From Schmidtea polychroa (Eukaryota): 64,000 nucleotides of DNA. This document shows positions 12,795 to 27,800 of this stretch, piece after piece. The DNA lies in assembly GCA_044892525.1 (NCBI GenBank), contig CM097885.1, forward strand, positions 37,822,001 to 37,886,000, written 5' to 3'. Position numbers and translations under genes: made by a program. Each line of letters begins with the position of its first letter. The first letter of the stretch is position 1. A model generated the notes under the pieces. It saw only the letters and a program-made list of their open reading frames with translations, made no database searches and was not told the DNA's origin.

Positions 12795-15128
12795 TGGTTT
12801 AACGAATATTGAGAACAAATAATCGAATAACTTTATTCGTATCAAAATTCAAATTATCATTTTTCTATTTCTTATTAATAATTAAAATAATTTGTTTCAA
12901 TTCATTACAATAGCCCCCTTCTCAAGGCATGGGGTGTTAATAAATTCAGGTTTAAACCGCAAAGTTTATAGTACTAGAGGCAGACTCCTCACCCACTCAT
13001 ACTTGCTTGTCAATGTCCTCATCGAGTTTTTAAATTTCGGTAATACCTCTCGATTAATCCAGTTGTTTGAGGATGATAGGCTCTAGTTCGAAGTCGTTTA
13101 AAACCAAATGACTCTGATCAATGTTCCCTCTAAGCCATAAGCAGCAGTGCGCGCAAAGTCAGCTGCGCTGAGCAGCTTTTAAATACAAATGAGCGTCAAA
13201 ATGCTATAACGTGGTTGTAAGAGTTTTAAAACGACACTACTGAAATATACCGTTATTATGCATCTGGTTATTAACATTAAAAATTTTTAAATATTCAAAA
13301 TGAACCACATAATAATATTGAGTATCAAAAAATCGTAATGTTTTATAATAAATATGTTAATTGGAAGGTGAAAATAAAATAAAAAATAAAGTATACTGCG
13401 CTGGGGTGTTGGAGGTGCTGCGCGCGCGCAGCTTAGAGGGAACGTTGACTCTGATAGGTTCTCGAATATATCGGATACGAATTGGTTACCTTGATCCGTG
13501 ACAACATGTTGGTACACCATATCTCGCAATCCAGGTGCTAACAAATGTATGAACGACTGAATTTGCAGTAATATCATCTAGTGGAACTGGTTTCGGTTAA
13601 CTTGAACCCCTATCAATCATATTCAAAATGTAACAGTACCCTAGCATGGTAAAATGTGGACCTGCTAAGTCTTTATGCACTGTTTCGAATATGTTTCCAG
13701 TTGGAAAATGTTGAATTGCTGATTTCGTGTGACGCTAGAGACAACCGTTAGCGACAATCAACTATGATACTATCTCGAACTTGAAAAAATTTAATTTAGC
13801 AATCAAACTCGGATAGAGCTGAAGCGTCGTTGTTGTCTAAGGGACGGTTTGGTCATAATTGGCGAGTAAGTCAATATAGATAACAATATAGATTGTGGTC
13901 AATATTGATAACAAACGATAGTCTTTTCGCCATGTATTACACATGTCTTATTGACTCTGTGATTCCTAAAAGCTCTTTGTCAAATATCGACTATTTCAGT
14001 TGCCATTGATTGAGCTTTTGTGAAAAAAAAACGCTAATGAAAAACTTGCTCCGTCGATGACTTGATGTAACTATTTAAATAAATTGACTGGTAATACGGT
14101 TACCCAAGAACCAGTGTTCTCAAGAAAATTCATAGACGATGATCGACTCTGCTTTTGGGGTGATGCTGTAGTCACATCAGGCGAATTGAGCTGAAATAAG
14201 CCAGAACAACCAGCTGATTCTAAAAACTTTTGATGATGACTGTTGAGTGAGTTTGAAGAATTTGCAATTAAGAGAACACAAATTTGTATCCTCACGTGTT
14301 ATATTTTGGAAATGCAGGTCTCCAGCATGATAAGGCCAGGCGTATTTTGAAACTTGCAACCAGTCTGCATCTATGTGCATTTTGGCCAAATCTAAAATGA
14401 AAATAACATTGTGTAATGCCACTACCCTCCTATTTAGATAGTCATTGGGGCTTATCAGAGGGTTGGTGACTGCAACTCTTGGACTCTGGCTGTTAGCCTA
14501 TGGATTTCTGTTTCGACATTACCACCCAACATTTTAATTCGTCTTGCTGAAACAGCATGAATCTTGTCGTCTAACACTGCTAGCTGCTCGATATCATCCG
14601 TAATCGCTTTTATAGACGTTGGTATGATATTCATAAATATTTTTTGAATGATTCCTGATTCAATGGCCTTAAGAAACTTAAGAAACTGGGTTGGGATTTG
14701 GATACATATGCAATGAGTTTGAATTTATCTGCCGAATACTGCTGTCAGATTGGAGATATATTTTGAAATAACTGTTTCTTTCAACTTTAAAAAAGATTTG
14801 CTCGATATCATTGGATTTTCGATTGGGTCTGAGAGTATTGATAATAATTGTTGAGGCAAGTTAGATAATAGGCGATTGAATTTCTGTGATTGTGTTCACT
14901 TGATGCTGAAGGTTGCTTCAGAAACGGCAAATCAACAGTTTGGCGATCCTGCTTTATCCAAGAATAACGGACAAATGGTATCTGGTAACGTCAGCGAGGA
15001 TACAAATTCTTCAAATTTTAATTGAGTTTCTTCTGATACAATTTTAACAAATAGCGAGAACAAATAATCAAATAACTATTCGTATCAAAATTCAAATTGT
15101 CATTTTTCTATTTCTTGTTAAAAATTAA
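12795..15128 (-). mobile_element. Decayed, internally deleted Gypsy element with short LTRs
   Basis: ~85-bp direct repeats at ~12800-12885 and ~15045-15128. On minus, a purine tract gagaaggggg precedes TG at 12909. Gag-like PLF..SPNC*FAVSEATF..KF..LLSNLP near 14850-14990. Integrase remnants VVTDQGNQF (~13480-13505) and AYHPQTTGLIER (~13050-13083). The right LTR is cut at a TTAA followed by a piggyBac-like terminus (cccattaacgccc, 15129). Confidence 0.75.
13119..13447. mobile_element. hAT-family MITE nested in the Gypsy integrase remnant
   Basis: TIRs caatgttccctctaagc / gcttagagggaacgttg and perfect 8-bp TSD actctgat. Confidence 0.92.
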
Positions 15129-16660
15129 CCCATTAACGCCCAAAAGAAATCTACACGTAAAAATTTCTTTTAATCGTTATTTATTATGACATATTGAGTA
15201 AATTAGAAAATTTATAATAAAAAATATGGAGAAAGTCACATCTATCACTAGTGCCATCTATTGTTGAAATTGGTCACTACTTTCAGGATAATCATTATCG
15301 AAAAACATGAAATCACGCCTTTAACAAGTGTTCCCATGTGAGTACAGTGGATGGTAATAGGTTAAAATAAATTTTGTTTCTAATTCATTACATATGGGAT
15401 TGTTTAATATTGATTTAAAAATTATTTTAGACTCACTGAAAGATATTTGGAAGTCAGTGCATTTTCTTGAAGTAATTGGGATTTGGAAAATGGAGATTTT
15501 TATCGCTTTGGACATGCGTGGTATTGTTTTTGATGAAAATATTATAAAACGCCATTCAAACCACCCTCATACAATATATTGCTTATTTAAACAAAATTGT
15601 AAAATTTTTAGATCAAAATGAAGAGGCCAATATTAACACAGATTCTGATTCCAACTAAAATGCATTGATTATTTATAAATATATGATAAAGTATTAAAAT
15701 TGTCGGCTGGTCGAGTTCTTATAGACATTAATGATAACAAAACCAATAATTTACTTTTTATTTATAATAATACAAAAAAAATTTACAATGGATTTTGTTA
15801 AAACTGTGTATAGCAATTAAAATATATATATCTCTTCTTTCTCTGTTCTACGCAATTTTGCCTATATTGCAATCAGTTCTTTGGATTCATATTGTTCCTA
15901 TAACAATGGTTGAGCTTGGCATATTACTTTCGAAGGGTCCATTTTGAAAACCTTTATTGAGATTCTCAGCTTATGGGATACCGCCAATAGTATTCTGACG
16001 ACAAAGACCCTTTTGACAAGATAATCATCGCTTATACGAACCGGGTTGCCAGTCAATGTAAGTCAATATGAAAACATCTGCTGGCTCCCCATTCCATATA
16101 GTTAGGGTTGTTGGTAAAATAAAATATTACCAATTATTGATCGGACTCCAAAGCGTGCTCCAGACAATATAGCCTTTTATTGATTAACACAATTGATTAT
16201 CAATTTACAGTGACATAAATAATTTACTATTACAACAATGATTTGAGTGCTGATTGTAACCCTTCGGGAGTAATACCATGTTTGCAATACAACTTGGAAT
16301 TCACAAATACTTCACTACTGTTTATGATTTTGATGATCGGTATATTTGATCTAGTTGTTTTCTTAACTTTAACTTGAATTTACTCCATAGCTTTAATTTG
16401 TTTTAAATCGCTTCTTCGATAACTTCGTAATTTGTATTTTATGTAACCTGCATTAATAAAAAGAATGGTCATGTACATTTTATTATTAAACCAGATTTTT
16501 TTATGATTTTGGTGCTCGGCCAATTTTTCTATTAATAAAAGGTTTACCAAAACTTCAAAAAGGTTAAGATGAATGAAATCTTGGTAGCTAGATAACTTTT
16601 TAAAAACGATATTTTATGGTATATTAATTAAAAATTCCGATAAAATATAAAGCAATAAGT

Positions 16661-16872
16661 AAATTTATTAAAAAGAGAGTTTGAAGACTATAAATCAGTA
16701 ATATATCGATGTTTGTTGATACTCACGAATTTTCGGTACTGTCTTTTTCAAGTGAATTTTTCAATTTTTCAAAAATTCACTTGAAAAAAAGGCAGTGCCG
16801 AAAATTCGTGAGTATCAACAAACATCGACATATTACTGATTTATAGTCTTCAAACTCTCTTTATAATAAATT
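16661..16872. repeat. ~210-bp near-perfect inverted repeat (foldback/MITE)
   Basis: ~100-bp arms (aagagagtttgaagactataaatcagtaat... versus its reverse complement) with a ~10-nt spacer. A diverged single arm occurs at ~58820-58907. Confidence 0.92.
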
Positions 16873-17011
16873 CAATGGAAAATATAATCAGTGGTGAAAT
16901 TGAAAGAAATAAAAGTTCTTATAAAAGTTTATATAACATAATGAAAATATTATTTTTTATTTTAAATACAAACAAAATTTTCAAATTTTTATTATTATTA
17001 AATTATAATTA

Positions 17012-17626
17012 TTAATCCGACAGAGTCAGACGATCGAATAAATAATATCCAGTGCCACTGCCATTTCTACGAATATTTGTCAGATAACTTCCAATTTCAT
17101 TAATTGAATTTATTTGGTCTTTAAGAAATTCATTCATAAGAAAATCCATCATTTGAGGGTCGCGATGCCTTTCTCCAGTCTTATGTAAGTCCAACAGAGA
17201 CTACAAAAGTTAAAACATAAAATGTTCAATATTAGAATTATTAATTATCATTACTTCATTAATTAACTTTTCCAATTCTAATGCTGACTGGAAAGCAGCC
17301 TCAACTGTCCATTCGTTTTTTTCCGGCTTCGGAATATCTTGTAAAACTATTCGACCACCTCGTTTGTTTAAGTATTTCATCAGTTTTTCAGCGTGATCTC
17401 TCTCTTCAATGGACTGCTTTTTGAAATATTTGCTAACCCCAGACAATGCAACATCATCCTTATCAAAATAAAATCTCATAGCTTGATAAACATAGCTAGC
17501 ATGAAGTTCTTTTACTATATGATCATTAAGTTTATTTTCACATTCTGAATGGAAGTTTTGCCGAATTCGAGATTCAGAAATGGAATTATCTCTAAACGGC
17601 ATATTATGCGGAACTTCTGTGGTCAT
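17012..17626 (-). CDS. Ferritin, H-type with N-terminal extension, 186 aa; complement(join(17012..17200,17255..17626))
   Basis: [40 protein letters not shown]. 54-nt GT-AG intron at the same position as in the first paralog. Confidence 0.95.
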
Positions 17627-19625
17627 TTTTAATTATTTATTTTTCATTACTTCTTTAAATAATTAAATTTGTTTATTTGAGTGGTGTGCTGAAATTTCAT
17701 TGGTCAAATTTTGTTTTGAGATTTAGTAGAGAAAATACTCTTGGAACCACATGGCAAAGCTTTATCTTCAAAACCTTTAATCTTATCAGTCTGTCTTTTT
17801 AACTTTGACCTAAAAATTTTTTTCGCCAATTTAAAATAGTATTTATATATTATGGTCAAATATTAAAAATTCTATAATAGCAGTGGCGAAACATTACGTG
17901 AAGAAAAAATGTTTAAATTTGTTGGCCAGGAAACTAACCACGCTGACTTATATAAATATTTAAATTTAAAGTATTCGAAGAAATTGAAATCTATTATTGT
18001 ATGAAATTATGAAATAAATAAGTTGATTGCTTTTCAGTGGGTTACAGTCTGGAGGACTACAAAGAACAAATGCCCTTGTTAAAAATAGATGCCAATATAA
18101 GTCACAGCAATTATTGCATTTACAGAGTCCATAAAAATCTGCTTAATTCAAATAATGTTTATTTAATTACAATAATATTTAAACAAATTATTAATTTGAT
18201 TGAGTTTTTTAAAATAATAATTGATCAATATATAAGGATTTAAATAAAAAATCACACAAAACAATTAAAAGATAATTTAAGCCTTTTGCTGCGAATAATG
18301 TATTTAATGAAAAAGCTGTCGACTATAAGATAGTCCTTGTCAATTTCTCCAAGATTGATAATTTTCTTAGAGATTTAGTTTCTAAGCTTTCTAAAAAAGT
18401 CCTTTCCTAAAGAACAATTATGTTTTAATTGTACCTCAATGTTAGTTTTATGTGCTATTCTATGAAAATAATCTTTTTTCAATGTCTTTTTTGAATTGAT
18501 TAAAAATTTATTTATTTAAAAAATGAAAATATATTGATTGCTCAATAAGTAAAATTATTTAATAATTTTTTTTTCGATTTGAAAAGTTTATTTTTGAAAG
18601 AAAGATGAAAAATGAATTAGAGTAACTAAAAAGATACTTGGTAGAGCCTGGGCTGAAATATAGTGTAACTTAGATATTATTTTGACTGCATGGTATCAAT
18701 GTGTGTGTGCATACATCGAGCGCTACTCACAGTTTTCTGCTTATTGGAGATTAAATTTAAAACTGGTATAATATTTCGAAATGTAGCACTTCTTAACTTT
18801 ATGTTTTTTTCTTTTGTTAAATAAAATTTCGAAAATTTATATTTAAAGTTTTATATAGGATTATGATTGTTGGGAAAATATAAAAACCATAATACATATT
18901 AACACTTTATTTAATAAAAATATTGTCATCCTTTTTTCGATTATGTTATTCAGACAACAGTTGATATAACCAAATTCAGACAGAAATACGAAGCGCTGTA
19001 GCAAAGTTTTTTGAGGAAGCTGCAAAGGAAACTAAAGATCCTATTTTAAAATACTGCACTCAGGTCTTAAATTAATCGTATTAAATGATATTATTATAGA
19101 ACTCAAGAAGTTCTGAAATTTTTATCAAAAAAGAGAATTTTTACTGAATGTCAGTGAGTATATCGAATTAGTACTGAAGAAAGTGAAACCATATAGGACC
19201 AAAAAGCCTAAAACGTTGAATTGAATGGTGAAAATGTGTTAACCCTTCAAATCTTATGGAAGTCATTTATTAAATTTTTCCTGAGAAGGATTTTGTATCC
19301 GTGAAACATTTAGGTCATGTTCCTATTTCTCTACATAGTGGAGAAATTAATCAAATGAAAGTTTGCTCATAACACTGATTTACATTCTTAAATGAATCAA
19401 AAATAACCGATCTCATATTCCCATTGTATTGATAATGATAAATTTAATTCTCCGTTAATTTTACGGAATCAACACCAATGGAATATGTGAACAAACTGAA
19501 TATCAATCCCCATGAAGATAAAACGAATGCTATAGGCATAATTGGTAAAAATGTAAATTTAATCCTTATAATATTTTACGTTTCAAAACTACCGTTACAT
19601 CAAATTGGTTATTACAGAATGATAA

Positions 19626-20185
19626 TTAATTATCTTTAAGTTCCTGATTGTCGTAAAAGTAAAGTCCCATTTCGAAACCATTACGCTGAATATTTGTCAA
19701 GCGATTACCATAAGGTTTTGTTGACTCAATGTTCTCAACTAGAAATTCCTTTGAGACAAAGTTCATCAATTGAGAATCTTTGCAATTCTTAGCAACATAA
19801 AATAGATCTATAAACGACTAAATATAAATATATTGAGAACTACCAAATCAAGGTTAAATACTTCATTAAGAAGCTTTTCAAGCTCTAAAGCTGTCACTAA
19901 AGCAGACTCAGCTGTCCAGTGGTTCTTTTTAGGTTTTACAACATCTTTCAATATTATTCTACCACCCCGTTTATTTTGATATTCCATTAGCTTTTCGGCA
20001 TTTTGAAGTTCTTTCAATGATTGATCATAGAAAAGTCTACCTAAACTAAACAGAACGGCATCGTCTCTATTAAAATAGAAACTCATTGCCTGAAAACAAT
20101 AGCTGGTGTGAAGTTCTTTATTTATTTGTTCATTTATTCCAGTTTGGCAGTCTATGTGAAAAACTTGATTAATTTCTCTAGCCAT
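19626..20185 (-). CDS. Divergent ferritin, 171 aa; complement(join(19626..19817,19862..20185))
   Basis: Exon 2 read manually as SFIDLFYVAKNCKDSQLMNFVSKEFLVENIESTKPYGNRLTNIQRNGFEMGLYFYDNQELKDN*. 44-nt GT-AG intron at the conserved position. No internal stops. Confidence 0.9.
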
Positions 20186-21825
20186 TTCAGGTTGATAAAT
20201 AGATTAGAAATGATTAAATGATTGAAATTTCGGTGTGATTTGTCGATATATTTCTATTGGTTGCTTTTTACGAAGTGTAAAAATTCGGCAAACATTTATG
20301 ACAATAAATTCTTTTAGTGCAGAAAAAGTACAATGTGTTAAGGATCAATATTCGAATAAAAGATGTAGTTATTAGTATAATTAGAGTCAGAAATAATTCA
20401 GTTAAATTACTTATTATAATTATTATTTGTTTTAATTTTGTGAATTTTTTTCATTAAACTTGATGAATGTCAAAATTGAAATCTGAATTTACTAAAAATA
20501 ATTTAATGAAAATAATAACAATAGAAAGTTAACCTGAGAGAATAAACCGTTTATTTATAATTGTCGCATTCCCGAAACAAATTCATGACGTCAAAAGTGG
20601 CTATTTAACTGAGAATGGAAAAACCGAGTGTGTTGGTGTTCAATAGGAGCCAAGATTAGGACATAAAGAGATTTTAGGAAAGGAATAAAGATAAATTATA
20701 AATAGTATTTAATAATTACTTAAAATAGAAAATAATTACTATAGTTAGAATTAAAATATAAATAGCAATAAAAAATTACTATATTTATATTATAAATAAT
20801 AATAGTATTTTAAAATATATGTTACAGTGAATTTGTATTACCAGTGAGAAAGCCAAATTTATTATTAAAGTGAAAATGGTTTGAAAGCAGTTTGTTTTTA
20901 GAATATATAAAAGGAAAAGAAAACGAAGAAAAGACACAGAAATACATTTTATCTGTGATATCAGAGATCAGATTAAGCTACTAGTCATGTGATCATTGAT
21001 AATATTTAATATGGAAGTTTCTCCTGAATTAAATTACTTAAATTATTGTAGCAATTAACAATTGATTGTATTTATGTTTGATCAATAAAATTTATATAAT
21101 TTGAAATGCATGGTTGTTGTTCATTAAAACACGCTTCAAGTAATTGTTAATTTCTCATTTCACCATCAAACTCCAATAAATGCATTGTATCAGCTTACCA
21201 GTCACAGGTCCCGGGTGACATGAAAACCTAAAATATTCGCATTTTATAGTCAAATTTAAAAATTTACTATAGCACAGAGACCTGTACGAGTTTGGGCCGG
21301 GCCAATATTTTGTTATGTTATTTTTTGCCCTTATTTTTTATCCTTATTTCAAGTAGTTGTTTATTTTTTCTATAGATAAATTAATTATTTTAATTTGTAC
21401 CTTTTGGTGTAATATATTAATTTCAATGTTGGACCAAAAGCAAAGCAGATAAATTGATAATTTGTTTTACTAAAACGATAACACATACATATGCAGTGGC
21501 ACCAAATTTTATTTAAAAATCATTTAATAATTTAAAAAATCTTTCAAATTGAACATTTATTCACATTAACGTATTATTATAAACTTTCAAAGTTCGCGTT
21601 GAACAGATCATCTTATGTAACTTTTAAGAAATGAAACAACCTTACTTTAATAAACGGTACGTATGATCAAATGCGTCAAAATATGTTAAAACAGTTTATT
21701 TATGGTTAAGCTTTACCTAGTCCCTAATTTTGCACAAAATACTTCCAAAAATCAAAAGATAATACAATTAAAAGAACCACGAAAATATTTATGTATAAAA
21801 TAACTAAGAATCCAAATTATCCCAA

Positions 21826-24800
21826 TTACACAGCGTATCGTAGAAACAGCGAGGATCCTCTGCTAAAAGCTTTCTGTGAAAAGATAAAAACATTAAAATA
21901 CAGAAAATTAATTTACTTTTTCATAAAGATGCGTATAACATTCAAACATGGATTTAAATGAAACCATTCCCAGAATTCTATGGAAAATTTAACAATAAAT
22001 ATTTCCTGTTGAATTAATTGAAACATTACTTAGCACTGCCAATTGCCATCACGGTTGAGATAACTGAGAATCGGTAGGTCACATTTGAGCACAACAGCTA
22101 ATGGGAACCATTAATTATCATTAATTGATCAATTAAATGTTACCCCACCAATTGTTGGAGAATGATTTTTTATATCAGTACCAACTCGGTCCTTGAGGAC
22201 ATATTTGTTGAATACGTATACAAATCCAGCTGTCAACCATATTGTTGCTATTTCACCAATAAGTTTCGCCTTTAAACCCCTGCAAAATTATTTAGTTCAA
22301 TACTGTCATTATAATTATTATTAATTTTAAATTAAATCGAAATAAATCTATTAATATTAGAAACTATAATAGCTGATGTATAAAAGATGATAAAATCATG
22401 AACAAAAAAATGAAAATGGGAACATCAACAAAGCTTGCTCATGGAATATATCCTCAAATATTGAATTTCCCACCATACCTGGATACAATTTATATTCTCT
22501 TAGATATGATGGTACTTTTGTATAATCCGCCCCATGGGAATCCATGCAATCGGGATTTTCAGGTTTCTAACTGCGCTATCAGAATTAAGTAAATGTTCAA
22601 AATCACAATTAGATTTTGGTTGAAATTATAAACTGCGGATTAGAACATGGTCTATCGGTTTTATGAAATCTACCTTCAACATCTGTCATAGGTCTTTTAA
22701 CAAATCTTATTAAATCGAGGTATTTAAAAGAAAACAATTAAAAATTAATAAGATGTTAGTCCTAACATATTGACGATGTTGCTGAGTCCAGTGATAAGTT
22801 TATTATATATCACTTATTCACATTTTGTTAGCGTGAATGGTTTACATACAATTATTTAAAATGTTCTAATTACTTATCTTGGAAATATAAGTCTTTGTGA
22901 TGTTAAAAAATTAAAAATAAGATGGACCTTAATTACAAAACGAAGATACGTCGAGAAAACATAAGAAAACCTTTACTTTTTACCATACATTTATAGGCCA
23001 CCCTGATGTAGATTAACAGTCAAATCCTAATTAAGACGTGGATTACAATATATAAATTTGGCTGTGTTTTAACCATTACTACTTATTCATTGCATATTTG
23101 TTTATGGATTTAAAATTTCAGATACAATTATTGATATTTTATATATTGTTTTGATCTACAGTCTTAGCAACATTTATAATTATTGTATTGATATTTTGTC
23201 AACTTTGAGGCATTTTTTTCAGCTGGGCTAATGAAAAATATATCTGACACTGTCCATAACTGATTTAAACGTTTTAAGTTGCTGCGAAACATTCAGAAAA
23301 AAATACAATATGCCTGGTCTAACTTATGGTTCAAAATTGCGGTAAATTAAATGAAATCCGCAATTATCGATGGTAAATATGGTAAGGAGTACTACAAGAA
23401 TTATTTAAAAGTACCCAATTTATAACCAGCCTTTCATATGATATGATATGGTATGATATATATTAGGGTGCCAATGAAATACATGACAAAAATTTAAGTG
23501 TAATATTTTTCAGGTCTTACCCCCTAATTTTGTTCCTATTGATATGGTAATCAACTGGTATTTTTTTCTTCAACATTCAATTATATTTAGAGGTTGCTCA
23601 CTGGCATCATAGTCCAACATATTGTACGTTATGGGTATATTCCTAATAAAATACAACATTGAGTTGAATGAGTTTACTTACTTATTAGTGTGAGTCATTG
23701 CAATTATATATTCTTTGGAGATTGTTGTTGTCTGCATTTTTATTGGATTTTAAATTTTGTTCTTTATTGCGTGTGTGACTTGTGACTTTCTTATTTAATG
23801 CAAAGCTAACTCTGGGTAAGTGTATTGTTTCATAACACTTAATTTATGAATATTTAATTGATGCAATAGACTGATTTGTTGCAAATTGGCCAGTGGGCCT
23901 GTCAGTGTCTAGTTGTCTAGTCCTGCTACTTATTTTTTGTTGTTGTTGCAATGCAAGTATAACGTTGCTTATTATAATAGATCTGAGCTACTGACTACTG
24001 ACTGACTTGCGAGCTTGTTTTATATTTTTCTGTGCATATACTTGCAGATATCCTGGTTCAATGGCAGCTGTGTGTATAAGTAAAGGCAAAGATCGAGGCA
24101 TCTGGTTGATTGGTGGAACATTGAGTGAACTAACAGGCAGCAAACTACCATCAAATCGTCAAGTACTTGCAAGATTTTTCCACTTTCATTTGAATGAAAA
24201 GCTGACTATTCAGGACAGTGCTGTATCAACAACAAGAGAACTATTACAATTTTGGATGAAAGCCAGAATACCAACCCGACAGGACTATAATATTGTTGCC
24301 AAGTTGAAGGATTTGCATGCAAAATGGCAAGCGCTTAAGAAAAATACGGCAAGGATGTCCAAAGTGCAAAAGAGTAAAGAGGATGCATTTTCGGAAAGTT
24401 TGGATGATTTATTTGATGTTGCACATGCAAATGCAATGAAACTCATCAAAATTGAAGAGGACAAGAAATTCTTGGAAGCACAGCGAGAAAAGGGCAGGCG
24501 GGGATGCATGGGTGCAGTAGACACAAAGCTTACGAAGCAGGCGGAAAGACACCGGCAGCGAGAACTTTAAGAGGAGCAAAGAAAGGTCAGAGAAGAGCAG
24601 AGACATTTTTTACTTCAGGTGGTCGAGAAGCATCGCCACGACTACCCGGACCCCAAGAAGTCTACGCTTGCAGGCTGCTCCAGTGACAATTAAACTTGCA
24701 CTTTTACTTAAGTAGATTCAGCTAAGCACAGTGTAATGTGTGTAATAGCACTAAACTTCACTTTGCAGAATGCAGAGTAACATTTATTTTCCAAATCATC

Positions 24801-27800
24801 ATTCATTAACTGTGTACTGTATAATATATTTTATTAATATTGTTTTTTCTTAAGCATTACAATATTAGTCGTTGGCCGTACATACAGTAAACGGTCACAT
24901 CCATTGAGCAAGTGGTAAACATAACCCAATTCAAATTATTTTTTGGCTAGATAAACAGGATGCCAATATGAACAAATTGAGGGGGTAAGAACTGGCAAAA
25001 TTAGCATTTCATTTTTCATTGGCACCCTAATATATATATATATATATATATATAAGCTGCATTCTATTATTTTTGGGAAGTTTATCACTCAGGAAGTCCA
25101 TTGTCACTTATCACCTAAGTCTCTATCATACTTGTATTAGATAATTTCTAAATTTTATATTCTCATTTTAAACTAAAAGGGAGATGTCAGCAGACTGGGA
25201 AATTGCTGAAGAACATTAGAAAATAATCTTGAAAAAATAAATATTAGTAATGACCTTGGGATGGAAATAGTTTAGTTAATTCAGATGAGATATTTGCAAT
25301 AGACAGATATTATAACAATAAAAAAGTTAATAAATATTTATTCATGAACAATGGATACTCATCTAGCATAAATTGTTTGGAATAATAAGATTTCACAAAC
25401 TAATTATTAACCAGATCAACAAAAGGTTCAATTATGTGTGAATAAAACCAATGAATTACGCTAGATCTTAAAAACATAATATTCAGCTACGGAATTAATT
25501 TACAATAAATTAATAATTTTCAAATAATTATATAATTGTAAGTATTGAACAGAACTAATCAATGGTATTGGAAACTAAAAAATCAATATTGTCGAGGGTA
25601 AAGTGGGAACTAGTGGCCATCTGCGTACAATAAATTATTTTTACGTAATGGGAAATTCATAGAAGGTCGGTCCTACCATAATAACTCGGATTGATTACGC
25701 CAATAATCAAGATTTGTTAATATTTAATTTATATTCTTATGAAACTCGTGCAAATGATTGAATGGTGGAGATTATTGGAAATTTATAGAATAAAAGGAAT
25801 GATAAATTTATTAATATTTGCCATAAACATTTTAAAGAAAAGGAAGGAGAACAATGTGTAAAAATAAAGAATACTAAAGGCAGCATTTATTAAATTGATT
25901 AATAAAACACAGGCAATATGTTGTAAGATTTACCTACATAGAAATGAGGAAATGAGCTGAAATCGAAAATTCCTATATTTCTGGCAATTGATTTGATCAG
26001 GAGTTTCATGAGAAATTGCTTTGCTATTAAAATTCACTGGAATGAAATCAAGCAATCAAAACAGGCGAAAAACCGATAGTTTCATTTACTACATGCCAAA
26101 AAGATATAAACCTACCATAAACCTTGGGTACAACTAACTGTTAACAGAAAAAATCTTTGTAGAAAAAATAAATGTTCAACGAATTTCTTTATATGTTTTA
26201 TAATATTTTTGGAAATCATGTTAAAAAACATTTTCCAATAACACGAGGGCTTTACAATTCTGCATTTGGAATTTTAAATATTACATGTTCATTTATGCAA
26301 TTATTTCATCATTCAGGTCATTTTTATATTGCCGTACTCGGTAGGTTATAGAGATTATAAGAGGAAGATAAGCAAGCTGTTGGACAATTTTAATTAGAAG
26401 ATTGTTTCTAATTCATGTAAAGTACATCATTTTTTATAAATTAGTCTCAAAGTTCCTTTGGGTTGTGTTAGAATTTCGTTTATCAATTTATATGTAATGA
26501 ATACAATATCACATACGTTTGTGAGACTTCCATCATCTCTATACTCGAGTTCTTGAACATCATCGACCGAAGGAGTTGATTAATAGTAGTGAGTACAATA
26601 ATGGCTTTATAAGTAAAATAGGCATGTTTGATTTTAAAAAGTCATTGAAAATTTTTAATAATTATTGGAAATATGTAATTTGTGAAGCTCTATTTGTTTT
26701 ATTTAAATGCTGTGAACACATGTGTTTTGAATGCTTTTAACTAGTTTAGATGGCAAATTGAGTGCAAATGAATCGTCATTTTTGTTTTCAAATGTATTGA
26801 GTAGCTAATTTATTAAATTAAATATTATTTTGGAAATTGTTTAATAAATCTATAATATCAATAGTTTTTTTCTAATCTATCTGATTTTAATAGTGAGACT
26901 ATCGAAATATATCTCAAAACGTATTTTTGAATGGTTCTTTCTAATAATTAAATCGCTGAAAGGTTTATTTCATTATTTTTATAATGTTAGACCAAAACAA
27001 CAATTGAAAATTTGTATTACTAAGCCAATAACACATAAATATGCACATATGAATTAAAAGACTTAATCAATACCAAGTAATACAGAGTAAAATAAGGCAT
27101 TAGAATAACAATATATAAATAAAATATTAAAAAATAAATAAAATAAAAAAAGATTAAAATATTGATTTTAATAATATTTTAAAAATAAATTTTTCACAAA
27201 TTTAAAATTTTTATTATTAAAAATTTCAGATTTAATTTAATATTTAAATTTAAGGTAAAAATTAATTTTTTCGAGTATAAATCAAGTTGAAAAAATAACT
27301 ATTCCTTATGTTGTGGTGGGGTTTTTTTTGGATATTTAAATTCCATAAATTAAGAAAGAAAAAGTTATAATCGTTTAAAAATGCAAGTTGAATAAAATAT
27401 TACAAAACAGACCCGTAAAGACCGAGAATTCCTTCATCGTCAAGAATATTGAGAAAAAGAGAAAACATTAATCTGGAAATTAATTATTATGAAAAATTGT
27501 GGATTTATTAAATTCAATAAACAACTTTGATTCTGGTGTGCCCTCGTTTATAATTTCGGCCATTTGACGAACCATGAAAACTACAAACAAACAGTCAATC
27601 AAATGAAACTGATATATATCAATATCTGTCAACCTTGGAATGGATATGCAATAATAACCGCTACAGATCGAGCAATTGTAAGATTTTTTACCTATTCCAT
27701 GAGAATTTCAATGACAAATAAAATTATTGAGATATACTTCATGGATATATTCATGAAAATCGGCATCCGTATTCAACGACTGACCTTCAGTTAAATGACT

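Noticed and set aside
22400..22720. Possible nested coding exons in MTCH intron 7
   Set aside because: No consistent spliced ORF or homology recognised.
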